Origin: Antedon mediterranea
Taxonomy: Eukaryota; Animalia; Echinodermata
Assembly (NCBI RefSeq): GCF_964355755.1
Contig: NC_092674.1
Span: 25,482,001 to 25,546,000, forward strand
Reading direction: 5' to 3'
Length of the DNA: 64,000 bases
A model generated the notes under the pieces. The model was not told where the DNA came from. It was given only the letters and a program-made list of their open reading frames with translations, and did not search any database. Made by a program: the position numbers and the translations under genes. Below are positions 37,401-51,700 of the stretch, one piece after another (position 1 is the first letter of the stretch; each line of letters starts with the position of its first letter).

Positions 37401-40400
37401 ATTTCAGAATATTATAAAAATAACAAACTCAAGGGGGTGAATCAACACATGCGTCTGCACCACATAGTTAACTTACAAATAACTTACATAGTTAACTCAC
37501 ATAGTTAACTTACATAGTTAACTTACATAGTTAACGTACATAGTTAACTAACATCGTTAACTAACACACAGTTAACATTAGACGCAGGAGCCCCGGTTAC
37601 GGTTATAAAAAATGAAATGAATACCATCATATTAATTATGCATGGAGAAAGCTTGAGCGGAAGTCGAGCGTTACGTTTGCCAACAAGACGAAGCGCGAAA
37701 CATCTGGAATGATGTACAAAACATGTGAAAACACAGAATATATTTCATTCATAACTTGAATTTTTCCAAAGGCTCAGACCTGGAGGAAGGGCCATAAAAA
37801 ACTGAATTGCTATATGTTAGACCACATTTACATAACTTTTCTAAACTTATCGAACCCTAGGAGGGTATCGGCAAATCATTAAAAAAAAATAAAACATGGC
37901 AAGATGAAATCAATCAAACAACAGCCAAGGAATACCAACAATTTTAATTTAGGTTTCGATTCGTAATTACTATGTAAGCCTAGCTTGAAACTATAGTGAC
38001 CATTTATTTTAGAAAGAAAGATGGAAAAAGTTGTTTCCATCTCCATGTTGTTAATATCAATTTTGGCCTAGTATTCTTGCAAGGTCGTCACAACTCCAGT
38101 TACAAATGGTAATACAAAATGTCAATCATTTGACCAGCCCACTGGTAGGATAGTCCTTGAAAACGTCTGTAAAACACATTAATCACTCACATCAGTCATG
38201 CTGCTAATGGTTGAAAACCTCACTTTTTGAAGTTTTTAAACATAACAGTATCCCAGGCTCCTGCATCTAATGCTAACATAGTTAACTAACTAAGGCCCTG
38301 TTCAGACCCATGGCGTTAGACCGTTTTAGCGTACAACGTTACTATCAAGGTCACGTTACAAACCGCAGAGAAAAAAACGAGGTGTTCAGACCCATAGCGT
38401 ACGATTATCGTTACAACGGAAGTACGTCATCCAAGTTGTTTCTAGTTGCATATTCATGTGCTCTTACCCACGTGTTTTCATCATTATTTCCACTGTATAC
38501 AGGCCTAGATCTCAGCCCTACAATTATGACAAAAGTTGCCGTAAATAAAACATACCTCAGCATTTATTTAAGAAAAATATAGTAAAGCAAAATTTCTGTT
38601 TCTATTGTTTTTATTTTGTAGTAAAAAACATTTTCCCCAGGCTCTTGTGTTACGAAAATAAAGCAGGCCTCGTAATGATGAAGAAAAAAATGATTGTGAT
38701 TAGTCTATCCAGTCCAGTCTAGTCAAAGATTATATATTCTTTGGTCCAGTCGGTTGAAAATAACCCTTAACTTGCTAATAAAAGGGAAACAGCTCCCCCT
38801 TGTTTGTTTACTGATTTTTTTTAGGAGTTAGGGGGTTTTCAGCATTAAACTTGTCCAGTCTAGTCTGCCTTGTATGAATGAGTGACTTGATGTCCCAGGC
38901 TAGTTTTTAGCTTGAATGAAATGCGTGAATGGCTCTAGGCCTAGACCTAGGCCTAGTTAGGCCTAAAAGCGGATGGGATCGTAGTCCCTATGTTTAAATA
39001 CAAGGTGCATGTATTTATGTCATTTGTTAGAAAATATAATGGTAATCAGTTGATAATAGTTTGTAGCCTTTGTAACAGTTGTATTTGTAGTGTAGTTAGG
39101 CCTTATTTATTCTGGCCTTTTTGTTATTGAAATCCATCTCACACGTACATTGACGATACAGGATGTCAGCCTAGGTCAAACCTTGTTTCGCGTCATAACA
39201 GGAAACGTTCTGATTGGATACAACGTTGACTTACAGTAGCGTCGTACGCTAAAACGGTACTATCAACCGTTTTCCACTACAACGCTACAACCGTTGTACG
39301 ACGCGTTGTACGCTAATCCCCAACTGTTCAGACACACATTCTTTTAGCGTCGTACGCTAAAACGGTCTAACGCCATGGGTCTGAACAGGGCCTAAAATAC
39401 TAATTTACTTACTGCTTCATAATAAACGTCATCTAGTTTAGTAATAATAACTAGGTCATCAGGTTTGTAAACTGCTCTCGGAATTTTCTTTGGCCTTGGA
39501 GAAGCAGCGACATCTGAAAAGATAAAAGAATAATCAAATTTATACAGCAATTATATTAGATTTAGCTTTAAAAATATGCTCTTGCCTTTTTTTACATTTA
39601 ATAAAGTTTTTTGTGCTTGTATCTTGATGTTTTAACGTTTATAAATACATATATTTTATGCGATATTGTTTTTCTTTTCTTTTTTGCCATGTTTTTGTAA
39701 GCCTGGTGTGTATTTTTGTATATTTTTGGCCACCTCAATGGAAAATACACAGTACACTACAGTCAGTTATTGGAGGATGGGCTAGGGAGTGGCTACAGAG
39801 TTTGAATAAAATTAGAATGAGCAGCTGAATATATTGTATTACAAACCTGTAGACCGACTTCTATCTTCATAAGGTTGGTCATGTTGTGTTGGCTGTACTG
39901 TGGGCCGTACCACATCATCTTCCTTGGGCCGAGAAACACATGGTGATTGCAGAACTTTGTCTGGTGTATCACTAACATCAATAACGATCACTAGAAAACA
40001 AGAATAATTTTGAATAAAGTTGACTAGAATGAGCACAAATTTAAGGGCTTATATAAATGTAACCTTTACTGTTACATGACGTGCAAAACATAAAAGACTC
40101 AAACACAGGTACAAAATATAGTGTGAGAAATTGATTTATTGATGTTGCTCACTTAAGGCTCTGACTGCGAATTGTCTTCCTCACCATTTACATTAAGTTT
40201 TAATTATTATCAAAACTAAGAAAATACACTTAATTACTAAAACAGGAATTAAAGCTAATTGATTGATGGCCGAAACAGATACCAATGACCAAAAGATTAT
40301 AAAATTGTTAATCCTATAAACAAATAGTGGACCACAGGCATTTCCAGATTACCCTATGGGGAGTAAATGTGGTGTCTATTCACATTCTAAGTCGAAAAGA

Positions 40401-41109
40401 AAGCATTCCAAAATGCTGTACATCAATTAAAAAATTAAAAGTAAAAGAATCAAAAAGCTAAAAGTAATGTATGCCACTATAAAGAAAACTATTACTTTTT
40501 TGAAATAAAATATATCTCAATTGGGCAAAGTGAGAAATGTATACTTACAGTTATCAATGTCTGTTGAAAAAAAGTTGTGTATGCCAGTCAGTTTCTTGCG
40601 ACTTGGTAAAACAACAACTAGAGACGTGCGAAAAAAGAAAGTTATTACAAAACTGTGAACTCAATTTGAACTTACTGTATGTTATTGTTACTATGTAACA
40701 AACAAAATCCCCCAAACCAAATTTAAAAAATACAATTATTTTTTTAAATATTTAATTTATAATTACAGCTAGGCCTAGTATTAGTAAATTCACGTCAATC
40801 TACTTATATCAACATTACATATTACTACAGTCCAGCATAAAATATTCATTTCATGTACTTCCTACCATAGGCTAGGCCTATCTTGTCATTTTATACACCC
40901 GGAGAAAAGCGATTACACAGTGTACAATCAATGACTGTGCATAAACCGTGTGTCTGGCTAAGGCCTAGAGTTAAGCAACATTTATACATAAAATACAAAC
41001 CTTTTTTTAATGATATCTTATTTATCTTCAAATCAAGATCATGTATTATTCCTTCATATACACCCTCACTAGTTGACAAATGCACTTTAGCACCAATATA
41101 TGCCGACAT
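28406..41109 (-). CDS. EXD1: Exonuclease 3'-5' domain-containing protein 1 (piRNA biogenesis EXD1-like)
   Basis: Phase-consistent exons 41109-41001, 40617-40549, 39990-39847, 39513-39413, 37357-37271, 36993-36889, 36580-36500, 36193-36047, 32868-~32680 (donor uncertain), 30305-30104, 29743-29100, 28586-28406. Lsm-like N-terminus (YIGAKVHLSTSEGVYEGIIHDLD); exonuclease motifs VIGLAMEG..GRNGKLSLVQ, KVIHDCR..SD, FDTQVAD, WEERPL. Confidence 0.85.
30357..32210 (+). mobile_element. Penelope-like retroelement (RT plus GIY-YIG), 5'-truncated with an internal deletion, antisense in an EXD1 intron
   Basis: ADKGRATV, LPKIHKPDVPLRPIV, SFDVVSLFT, GIAMGSPISP, RYVDD; GIY-YIG GVIYQVNCNNCEKAYIGET. The segment VYRKPTHTDQYL seen in the other copy is missing at about 31300. 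Confidence 0.92.
32111..32153 (+). ncRNA. Degenerate minimal hammerhead-like motif at the Penelope 3' end
   Basis: actc-ATGATTA-a-gctgcgtc/gaccagc-GAAA-gcta-gagt. Stems I and II pair, but the core deviates from CTGANGA. Confidence 0.45.
33209..35769 (-). mobile_element. Non-autonomous Helitron, copy 2 (EXD1 intron)
   Basis: Reverse complement of the same TC 5' end (35769) and hairpin-CTAG 3' end (33209). Internal duplication about 34363-34735 vs 35194-35494. Confidence 0.85.
37462..37575. repeat. 13-14 bp minisatellite (acatagttaactt)n
   Basis: Direct tandem units; the array resumes at 38273. Confidence 0.8.
37576..38272. mobile_element. Unclassified TIR element inserted in the minisatellite
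   Basis: TIR cattagacgcaggagcc / ggctcctgcatctaatg (1 mismatch); no clear TSD. Confidence 0.65.
38294..39392. mobile_element. PIF/Harbinger-type MITE
   Basis: About 45-bp TIR ggccctgttcagacccatggcgttagaccgttttagcgtac; TAA on both flanks. Confidence 0.85.
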
Positions 41110-41510
41110 TTTATGAAATTTTCCAAACAGAAAAAGTATTCGCTGTCTACTCCACACACTCTAGACTTTGTTTTCTCTCCAATTATATTTGTTCGGCGCC
41201 CTCTATATTATCTTTCAGAAAGTTCCAAATCGCTCTTTTGATGTCGCCGCGCCGTAAGTAATTGATTAAATAAAGTTAAAAGATAACACAACCAGAAAAA
41301 TGAATTATTTCAGATAAAATAATAACAAACTCTTTATTTAGAGTAACATATTATATTAAATTGTTGAATTGTGTATTGCTCAATATAAAGAACAATCAAT
41401 AATGTTATTCTTCAAATACAAATATTTTATTTTATTAAAAACTCCTATTGTTTAAATTTCGAGATCACTACAATACACATCATACGTTATATGATCATAA
41501 TTTTTATTAA

Positions 41511-41641
41511 GCTCTGTCTACACTATCAAACTAGTTTGACAAAAATGATGTGCCAAAATATATATGCTCAAATATGCAGGTAATGATAATGGCATCATCG
41601 TGTCCATTGGGCACATCACATTTGGATAGTGTAGACAGAGC
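41511..41641. mobile_element. Short MITE family (other copies or fragments near 32575-32610, 52203-52296, 53612-53765, 58558-58690)
   Basis: TIR gctctgtctacactatc / gatagtgtagacagagc flanked by ttaa on both sides. Confidence 0.75.
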
Positions 41642-41981
41642 TTAACAAAGCAAGCTAGGCAATTTCTACATATTGCTGATTTGGTTAATGGTAATTTTCA
41701 GGCCTTCTTTGAGTAATGTACTAGACACACATGATTTATCCTTTTTATTTTAAAATGCAATATTAAAAGGATATGTATATATTTACATTCATAGTCAAAT
41801 GAGGTACAGTACAGAGTTAAGAATACAATTTTTTTTAAATTGATTTAGATTTTACTGTTTGCCAACATCCATTATGGAGAGGCTTTAAAGTAATCTCAGG
41901 CCGTTTAAAGTAGCCAGTTTATCATATGTAAAGAAAATTTTCCCATCATTCAAAGGGATTTGCACCATTATAAAAATAGCA

Positions 41982-44900
41982 TCATGTAAACTGCATATTT
42001 TTGCATATGCTGACCCCAGCTACTGCACGTGGCATTCCAATCGAGCCTATACTGTGCCACTCTCCAACTGTCTGGTCAAACTTTTCTGCTGTGCTTAAAT
42101 ACTGCGTGCCATCGTGGCCTCCTACTACATATAAACTCTCTCCCATAGGAACAACACCATGGCCGCTACGGCATTGATTCATGGGGGCGACGTATACCCA
42201 TCTGAAAACAATGATCAATAGTATTGTAATACTGATACTGATTCATACTTAAAATAATTAGTAGAGTAGAGCCCGTCCTTGAGGACAACCCTATTGAGAG
42301 CAACCTCTATTAAAGGGATACATTACAAATGAGGAAATATTAACACCAGGCACAATCTTATTCAGGGGCAACCTATTAAAGGGACACATTTGTTAGGTTC
42401 TGAAAGATGTTTCCTCTAAATAATAATGGTTCCATCGTGGTAAATTTAACAAGAATTTAGATTTCTTACTGTAAACGAAGCCTTGCTAAGTTCAGGGGCA
42501 TTTTCAAAAAATTTCATTTTAGGTTACTTAGGTCTCAAACGCAAGACTATGGGTTGAGTCTATGTACCAGTTCAATCTAAATGCTAGTGCATGTCCCTTT
42601 AATAGCAACAACCCCAGCCTCTTGCTATATTAAGATTATAGTCAAAATAAATAGAAAACCAATGTTGTATGTACAGTACCTGTCCTCAACAGGATAGTAT
42701 CTTTCAACAGTAGCAAGGTTAGCCTGGCCATTGTAGCCACCTAATGCATATATCTTGCCTCCTAACACACCAGCTGCTACCCCTCCTCTTCTGGACTGAA
42801 GGCTGCATACCACCCTCCACTACAAGAAAAAATTATATATTAAAATACATAACAAGAGCCAACAAGGTCATTCACTGTGAAGTTCAGACAAATCCCTTTT
42901 AACTTTGTATTGGAGCTGTAGCTTGATGGTCAACGTGCTTGCCTTCCGATCCCAAGGTCCAGGGTTTAATCCTGACCTAGTGCCAGGGTTGTAACTCACG
43001 ACTCTTTCAACTTCACTCCCTAAGAGACTTAGTTTATAAGCATGATAAAATGACGTCACAGCAACTTACGGCGACGGCTGTACGGCAAGAGCGTGCAGCG
43101 ATATTCTTAATCTCGCGATGGTTCTGAAATCTTATGTACATCCCTAATACGTTATTAAAATATGGTCCTCGGCCAAGTTGTCCTTTAAGCATCACTTACC
43201 TTATCAATTCGTGGTTCATAAACTTCAACGACATCGAGATAAGCACTTCCGTCGCTACCACCTATTGCACAGATGTAGTCCTCAGTAGAAACAAGACCTA
43301 GATGCCTACGCCGATGCCCCATGCTGGATAACCTTCCTGAAGATAGAAAAATATTATTAATTTTAGAAGATGCTTTAACTGTTCTGTCCGTGGCCCAAAA
43401 TCAGCCAAACAAAAATTGAATAAAGTTCACTTTAGAACAATACCTGTAGCTGTGTAAAACAAACAATAAAAGTTTTGTATTTGTTGAATGGTGATAATAT
43501 TTTCATTTGTTGAACTGTAAGTCTGACCAACCTATTCAACTCATCTTTATCTCACTATATAGAACAGGCAATCTTTCAAATCATGGAAATATTCTCAACC
43601 ATATTGACTGATAAAGATTCATTATTATAATGCATATTATTTATTGTCTATAGAAAATTCAGGCTGTTAAGTTTAACCTTAATAATACATACAGGAGAGG
43701 CATGGCATTTCATTCATAACGGCCAACTTACACAGACGAGCGGTAACGGTAATAAAAATATAGAATCTATGTTATTTCTTATGATCATTTACACCATTTA
43801 CACACAATGCGGAGAGGACGGGCGGTTTCCGCTCAGAATAGTTACAGATTCTACATGGTACAAGCTACAGCTGTTTTCTGCTTACTGTTACCGCTTGTCT
43901 GTTTAAATTGGCTGTTAGCCTCACGTACTTACTCCATCTATTAGTTCTAGGGTCATAACATTCAACAGTGTCCAGCACCGATCTACCATTGTAGCCTCCA
44001 ACAACATAAACTTGTCTGTCTAGAGTGCACGCCGAATGGTAACGACGAACTTGGTTCATTGACGTCATTGGACACCAATTTCTTTGGCCGGGATTAAACG
44101 CTTCAACTGACGATAAGTACCTTCCATCATACCCACCTGATAAATAAAAAAATTAAATACAAAATTGTATGGCGATTAAAAAAAATATATATATAAATAT
44201 AGTCCTAAGAGGAAAGAGGTCTCTGCAATCTTGTTCAGAGTGTCGACCTCCTCGCCTATTTTATCCATCCTTCAACAAAACATTATGGTTTTCAGTCTTT
44301 TTCCTTGGGAATTGTTTACCTTTATCTTTCCGTCTGGCAATTTCAGTCAGCTTTGAAAATTCACGTTTTTAATTATTACTTTTTTTGTTAGTTTTCTGGC
44401 ATTTTACCTTATAATTTTAAGCACTTTGATTTTTCAATGCATAGGGTGTTATATATAATAAGCCTGAATTAATATTATTTTTACTAGTACTAGTAGTGGA
44501 GAAAATACAAAATCGATTTCCAAAACAAAACAAAAAGGCTCTTTATATCATTATAATGTTTAACAGTTTTTCTTGTGGTGAAGTACATACACTATTGTAC
44601 CTTTTGTTTTTGTTCAATTTTAATTTGTGTTAGTCACACAATTAGACAGTATGGGTCAATTAAGACAAATCATGAGTTTAATTTAAAACATGACATAATT
44701 AAGATAACATCCTACTACTGTCATGACCTTGTTAATTGACAAAAGTTACGCCCAAAGACATCAAGATCCAAAAGACATTTGATTTTTAGGCACAATCACA
44801 ACACCAGCCACACCTCACAATACAATGCCAAATGTGGCATCGAGATGGCTGATCCCACCTGGTGCCGAGCATGCAACACCTCCAAACTTGGAGTGTCTCA

Positions 44901-47900
44901 TCTTACAATACAAGACTCGGTTTCCCAAACTTCACTGCAGGTGCTACATGTGGCAATGAATGAGAAGGCTGAACACCACACCTGCCACACTTACAGTGTC
45001 ACACCGCACAATACAATAATTGGTTTCTTGTGGTTCACTGCAGGTGCCACATACGGCATCAATAGTGTTGATCCCACCTGGTGCCACTGCAAGAACACCA
45101 CACCTGCCACACTTACAGTGTCATACCGCGCAATACAATAATTGGTTTCTTGTGGTTCACTGCAGGTGCCACATACGGCATCAATAGTGTTGATCCCACC
45201 TGGTGCCACTGCAAGAACACCACACCTGCCACACTTACAGTGTCACACCGCACAATACAATAATTGGTTTCTTGTGGTTCACTGCAGGTGCCACATACAG
45301 CATCAATAGTGTTGATCCCACCTGGTGCCACTGCAAGAACACCACACCTGCCACACTTACAGTGTCATACCGCGCAATACAATAATTGGTTTCTTGTGGT
45401 TCACTGCAGGTGCCACATACGGCATCAATAGTGTTGATCCCACCTGGTGCCATTGCAAGAACACCACACCTGCCACACTTACACTGTCAAACCTCACAAT
45501 ACAAGACTCAGTTTCCCAAGCTTCACTGCAGGTGCCACATGCGGCATCGAGAGGGTTGATCTCACATTATGTCACTTAAAGAACATCACACGTCTGCCAC
45601 ACTTACAGTGTCAAACCTCACAATACAAGACTCAGTTTCCCAAATTTCACTGCAGGTGCCACATGCGGCATCGAGAGGGTTGATCTCACATTATGTCACT
45701 TAAAGAACATCACACGTCTGCCACACTTACAGTGTCAAACCTCACAATACAAGACTCAGTTTCCCAAGCTTCACTGCAGGTGCCACATGCGGCATTGAGA
45801 GGGTTGATCTCACATTATGTCACTTAAAGAACATCACACGTCTGCCACACTTACAGTATCACACCTCTCAATACAATACAGGAAATTGGTCAGGTGCTAC
45901 ATGTAACATTAAGAAGGGTTTTACCACTGCAAGAAGACCACACCTGCCATGCTTTCAGTGTACTCACCTATAGCCAGTAATCTATTATCTAAATTTGTAA
46001 TGGCAACACCACTACGAGATGACATCATACTAGCTTCAATGCTGACCCGATGTGACCTCAAATTATAGCATTCAACGCTGTTTAACGAATGACCTGTACT
46101 ATCCATACCACCTACACTGAATATACAACCTGTAAAAAACAAACCAAAAATCAATCATAATTAAATATTCAATGTATTATTTCTTCATGTAAACTTTTTT
46201 TTGCCCTAATGGCTGCCCATACCAAGGATCACCAGAGTACACTTTGTGAAATGGATGTGGTAGGATATTGAGAACTTCCAAGGCAGGATTATTTTAATTA
46301 CAGTGATTATATTCCTTAATAAATACTAAAATAGATTCTATAAAGTGAAACAATTTGGTTCATGCCTATTTTTGGCATTTTTTGCACTTATATTTAAACT
46401 TATTCAATGAATAATATTGAATTTGACCACTTTTCAAATTAGTTAAAAAACAAATTGTAAAATTTAATAAATTGAAGACTCATTTTCCTGAAAAACTCCA
46501 CCAAAGAAATTAAATCATGAATCACAAATTATTTTATTACATCAAGTCTTTGGAAAAATCTACAAAAAAACTATGGCCATTTCGTTAATTGAGTTATCAA
46601 TCAATTCACCAATAATCAATCATACTGTACAATCAATACATTGTATCTTTAATCAATCAGTCTTCAATCAACAGTTCATGCAAAACTTAAAGACTCATTT
46701 AACACACAGTAAACAAGCCCGAAAGGGACAACTAAATTGACAAATGACAGAAATAAATTAGCAAATTGACAGGCAGGATAGTTACTACACGGGCGTAGGA
46801 ACATTAAAGTTAACATCGTAAGTAATAAGGATTAAGGAAGTAATGAAAAAGAAAGTACTTCATTAGCGTCATGCTCATTATTTTATACCTTGACCTCCGA
46901 AGAAGTAATCACAAAACATAAAGAATAGTTTTCCTTAAATTATGTTGTGGGTTGCTACGAAACATTACAAGTTTGTGTATAATTCATCTGACAGTGGTGT
47001 TGATTCAAATTCATTATTTAAATATAAAATTGTAAGCACATTTTAAAATGCAGCACTTATTCAAATGCAGTAGCTATTTAATGCAACACTTATTAAAATA
47101 TGGCACTTATTCAAATGTACCATATATTCAAATTCAACACTTAATCAATGCAACATTTATTTTAAAATCAGCACTTATTCACATACAGCACTTGAACTTA
47201 TTCACATACAGCACTTGAACTTATTCAAATGCAGCACTTAAATGCAAAACTTGTTCAAAATTTGGCATTTGTTCAAATACATCACTCGTTGAAATACAGC
47301 ACTTATTCACTTACAGCACTTCAATGCAATACTTTATTCAAATACAGAATTTTATTCAATGCAACACTTACTTATTCAAATACAACACTTACTCACATGT
47401 ATATTGTATATTCAAATGTTATATTCAGTTTATTGCTATGATTATTTGTCTTACTTCATAACTAAATTAAAGATTTAATATTGAAAATTTTTATAAAAAC
47501 AGCTATGATTGATAAATAAGCCGGAACTTAATATTTAGCAAAAAACAGAAAAATAGACACTATAGATATTGGTGCAACTAATGAAAATAAATGACTTAAT
47601 TTCCTAATATCCGGTTCTATTGACAGCCACCAAATTAAAATCACAGCCACACACACACATCGGAAACATGACAATTATCTGTAGGGAAAACATGTTATCT
47701 TTCAAACAATTAAAAAAAACACTTATTCATACAACACTTACTCAAATATCAGCACTTATTCAACACAGCATTTCCTCAATGCAACACTTATTCATACACA
47801 GCATGTATTCAATGCAAAACTTAATATTAAAATACAGCACTTGTTCAAATTCAGCACTTATTCAAATGCAGGACTTAATATTGCAATGCATGACTTATTC

Positions 47901-48735
47901 AATACAGCATATCTGTTCTATATTTGACAGTAATATATAATTATGTGATTAAAATAATTAACAACTGTTTACTGAAATCATACCTACTGTAGAAGTTCTT
48001 GGTTTCATATTTGCTAATCGATGATGTTTCCGTCGATCAGGAAACATGTGAAAGTTTTTAGCTTCATCAAGAATATCTCTGCATTTCCAATCATATCTAA
48101 TAAGCTCTTCCATCTCTAGTATATCAACAAGAAAATGCGGGGATAAGAATGTAAATCTAATCTCTTTCAACAGCCGCGGTAAACAGCTCATTCTGTTCTT
48201 TTTGTCCACGTACACCCAACGAATAATCGCATTGTATACTTCCTCTTCGCTTGAAACATTTAAATCTTCGGACGTTAAGATGTCCACTAATTGGTCAACG
48301 GGTAGCTGGAGGAATTCATCTCCTTTTGCGACTTCCTCAAAGTGTTTTTCGAGAAAGCGATCAGAAGCTTCCACGAGATCAACGCACGTGTGAGCATCAG
48401 CTAAACTTCGTATTCCTAAGTTGTAAAAGAATAAAAATATAACTATAATAATTATTAAGCAGAGGTCAAAGGTCAAAGTGCCAAAAATAGTCTTCGTTAA
48501 GGTGTCCCATTTCCACCTCTCTACACACTAAGCACATCAATTAAATATATTGTTTAAAGATTTGCATGGTGAATATTAAAACACTATTAAAGTCAGGTTT
48601 GTGGTACATCCCATTTTATTTTATTTTATTTTATTTTATTCAATCAAAACCAACAGCGATAAATACCGCCACTAACAGGTTTGAAACATAAAACAATACA
48701 ACATCAAAAACGGTTAACAATAAAATACAGATAAA

Positions 48736-48766
<31 letters not shown>

Positions 48767-51700
48767 AGATTGGCATGCCATAAACAATTTCAATTAAAAC
48801 AGGTTATGCAGGCTGTTCAAGAAGTGAACACATCATCGTCCTCTTAAAATAACCAAGTCTATCATTAAAAATATCGATATGATTGCTATTTAGATTATTA
48901 AATGTATAAGGTAGTCTATGAAAAAGTCCCCTCTTAGTACAGTCGACACGGCTAAAAGGAATATGCAATAAATGTCTATTTCGTGTACGACCAGGAACAT
49001 TTAAACTAAATAGTGAAATTAATGAACAGTCATATTTAGAATTTAAAATATTATATAAAAAAACCATATCAGATATCGTTCGACGATTGCTGACAGAATC
49101 AATGGAAAAGGCAAAATTAACACAGTTATAAGACAGGAATCGAACAAACTTCCGTTGAACAGTGTCGATTCGACGGGCCTGACATGGAGAAATTGAATTG
49201 AAAATTGCGGAACAATATTCAAGGTGAGGACGTATAATAGATTTGTATAAAGATAAAAGTGCCCTGCCGTCGTTCATAAACCTACAATTTCTCCATATTA
49301 AGCCCATCATTCTATTAGCTTTTGACAACACATGATTAATATGTGAACAAAAATTTAATTTACTATCAATAAAAATACCTAAATCTTTCCATACATAAAC
49401 CATCTCAAGATCATGTCCACTCAGATTATAATTGAAGAGCACAGGCCTTTTTTTAAGTGTTATAGATAAATATTTGCATTTATTAGCATTAAGTTTTATC
49501 CCCCACTTCTCCGTCCATTCCACGAGACCATTCAGATCCTCCTGAAGTGAAAAAGCATCCTGTGGAGTGGTAATCACTTTAAACAATTTCAGATCGTCAG
49601 CAAATAAAAGAGACTCGGAATGATTAAATTTTAAAGGAAGATCGTTGATAAATAAATTAAACAAAAGCGGGCCCAGGATCGAGCCCTGCGGAACGCCCGA
49701 TAACACAGGGAGCCAATCAGATGTCTCTCCCCCAATGACAACACGCTGTTGTCTATTAGTTAAATAGCTTTTAAACCAACTTAACAGTGAACCGGATAAA
49801 CCAAATTTTGAAAGTTTAAAAATAAGCAAATCATGGGAAACGGAATCAAAAGCCTTAGAGAAATCAGTGTAAATCACATCGCACTGCTTCTTGCTGTTAA
49901 TTGCATCGTATGATGTAGCAAGAAGCAGTGCGAGGTTGGTTTGACATGATCTCCCAGAGACAAAACCATGCTGCCTAGGACTTAAAGCATTAGCAACATG
50001 TGATGACAAACCATCATGCACAATGCGCTCAAAAATCTTAGACATAGTAGGCAATAACGAAATAGGACGATAGTTACAGATTAGTTTTTTGGGACCACTC
50101 TTGTGAATTGAGACAATATTAGCGTGTTTCCAAGATGAAGGAAAAACCCCAGAATTAATAGATAGCTGAAACAATTTGCAAAGCGGATAAGAGAGTGAGG
50201 CACCCTTTAAGACAACGTTACTAATCTGATCAATGCCAGTAGCTTTATTGATATCAATGTTACTAAGTGCCTTTTCCACAGAATGCTGATTCACAGACAG
50301 AGAACTTAAGTTTCCACCGCAGAGTCAGGAAGACCTGGATAGTCCCGGGGAACGTCCGGAGAAGGCTCACTGAAAAAAGAATGAAAATAAGAATTAAATG
50401 TGGTAGCTTTATCATAATTAGACTGGAATGAAATGTTATCGTGACTCATGACAGAAGGAAGATTATTTGACTTGTATTTAGTTTTCATCCAGCTCCAGAA
50501 TCTTTTACTGTTAGTGACAATTTGCTTAGCCAAAGAGTCCAAGTAATCTTTGTACTTTTTATTGGACATTTTTTTAAAAGACGCGCGAGCAAATTTGAAA
50601 TTACTTTGGGCTAACCGATTATTATTTTTTTTCAGATATCTATAATACTTTTCTTTGAGTTGAAGCGCACTTCTCAACTCATTGTCAAACCACGGAGGAA
50701 GCTTTCTGCGCTTTCTAATTTTAGGCACTGTGTCATTGACGGCAGCATTTAACAAATTATAAAACATATCCAAAGCTTCATTTAAATCACCTTCAAAATC
50801 AATTAATCAATTTGTCGGAAATGTTTTTACTACAAATAACAAGATCAAGCATTTTATCCATTCTTGTACAGTACGTATTGCATTGAAATAGGCCACAGCT
50901 AGAAAGCAATTTCCAAAAGGCAATAAAGTAAGGTTGATAATATACAGATATTGACTGCTTAGAGGTTAAATATAAGATTTGACAATATACAGATATTGAC
51001 TGCTTAGAGGTTAAATATAAGATTTGACATCCCCGAGGGAATGATATTTTGTTCGAGGGAATATATATTTTCAATTAAAAAAATATATATATTCCCCGAG
51101 AACATAATATCATTCCCGAGTTCACGTATTTACATAGGCTATGTAATATTGTCTGGTACAACCATACTTCTGGGGTATCATATAAAACTACAAACGCAAT
51201 ACAAAAATCTCTTTGTAATTGTGATTTAAGATGATTTTGAGAAAAATAAAATAGATATAGAAAATTTAATAAATTAATGCTACAACCTGGCTTATGGTCT
51301 TAATCCTACAGAGATCCATGTTTTATTAATTTATTTATCTGATAATAATTATCTTACTATCATTCTTAAATCAAAAATTCAAATGCATTTTGACCTGACA
51401 TTTCATAATACAATAATCTCCCTATCAAACTCTTTCATATTTGACATTAAGAGATCATATTAATTAATTTTCTTAATTGACTGGCCTATAGTTTAAGTCC
51501 CATAGGCCTTGATTAAGGGTAAAGGGCACTGAAATAGGGGAGGTTAGCTGTATTTGAAAATGTAGTAAAAAACTAGGAACAAACATACAGAGGTCATTGA
51601 ATTAAGTGACCTACATTTCCTTATCACATTCTAAAGCTTGGTTCCCACTAGGGATGCAACACAAGGACGTAAAGCGTAATGTATTAGCGATTTGACCAAT

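Noticed and set aside
42911-42990. tRNA gene
   Set aside because: No convincing acceptor stem or cloverleaf; at most a SINE head.
44779-45683. Cys/His-rich repeated ORFs on both strands
   Set aside because: The 122-bp unit is not a multiple of 3 and lies in an intron.
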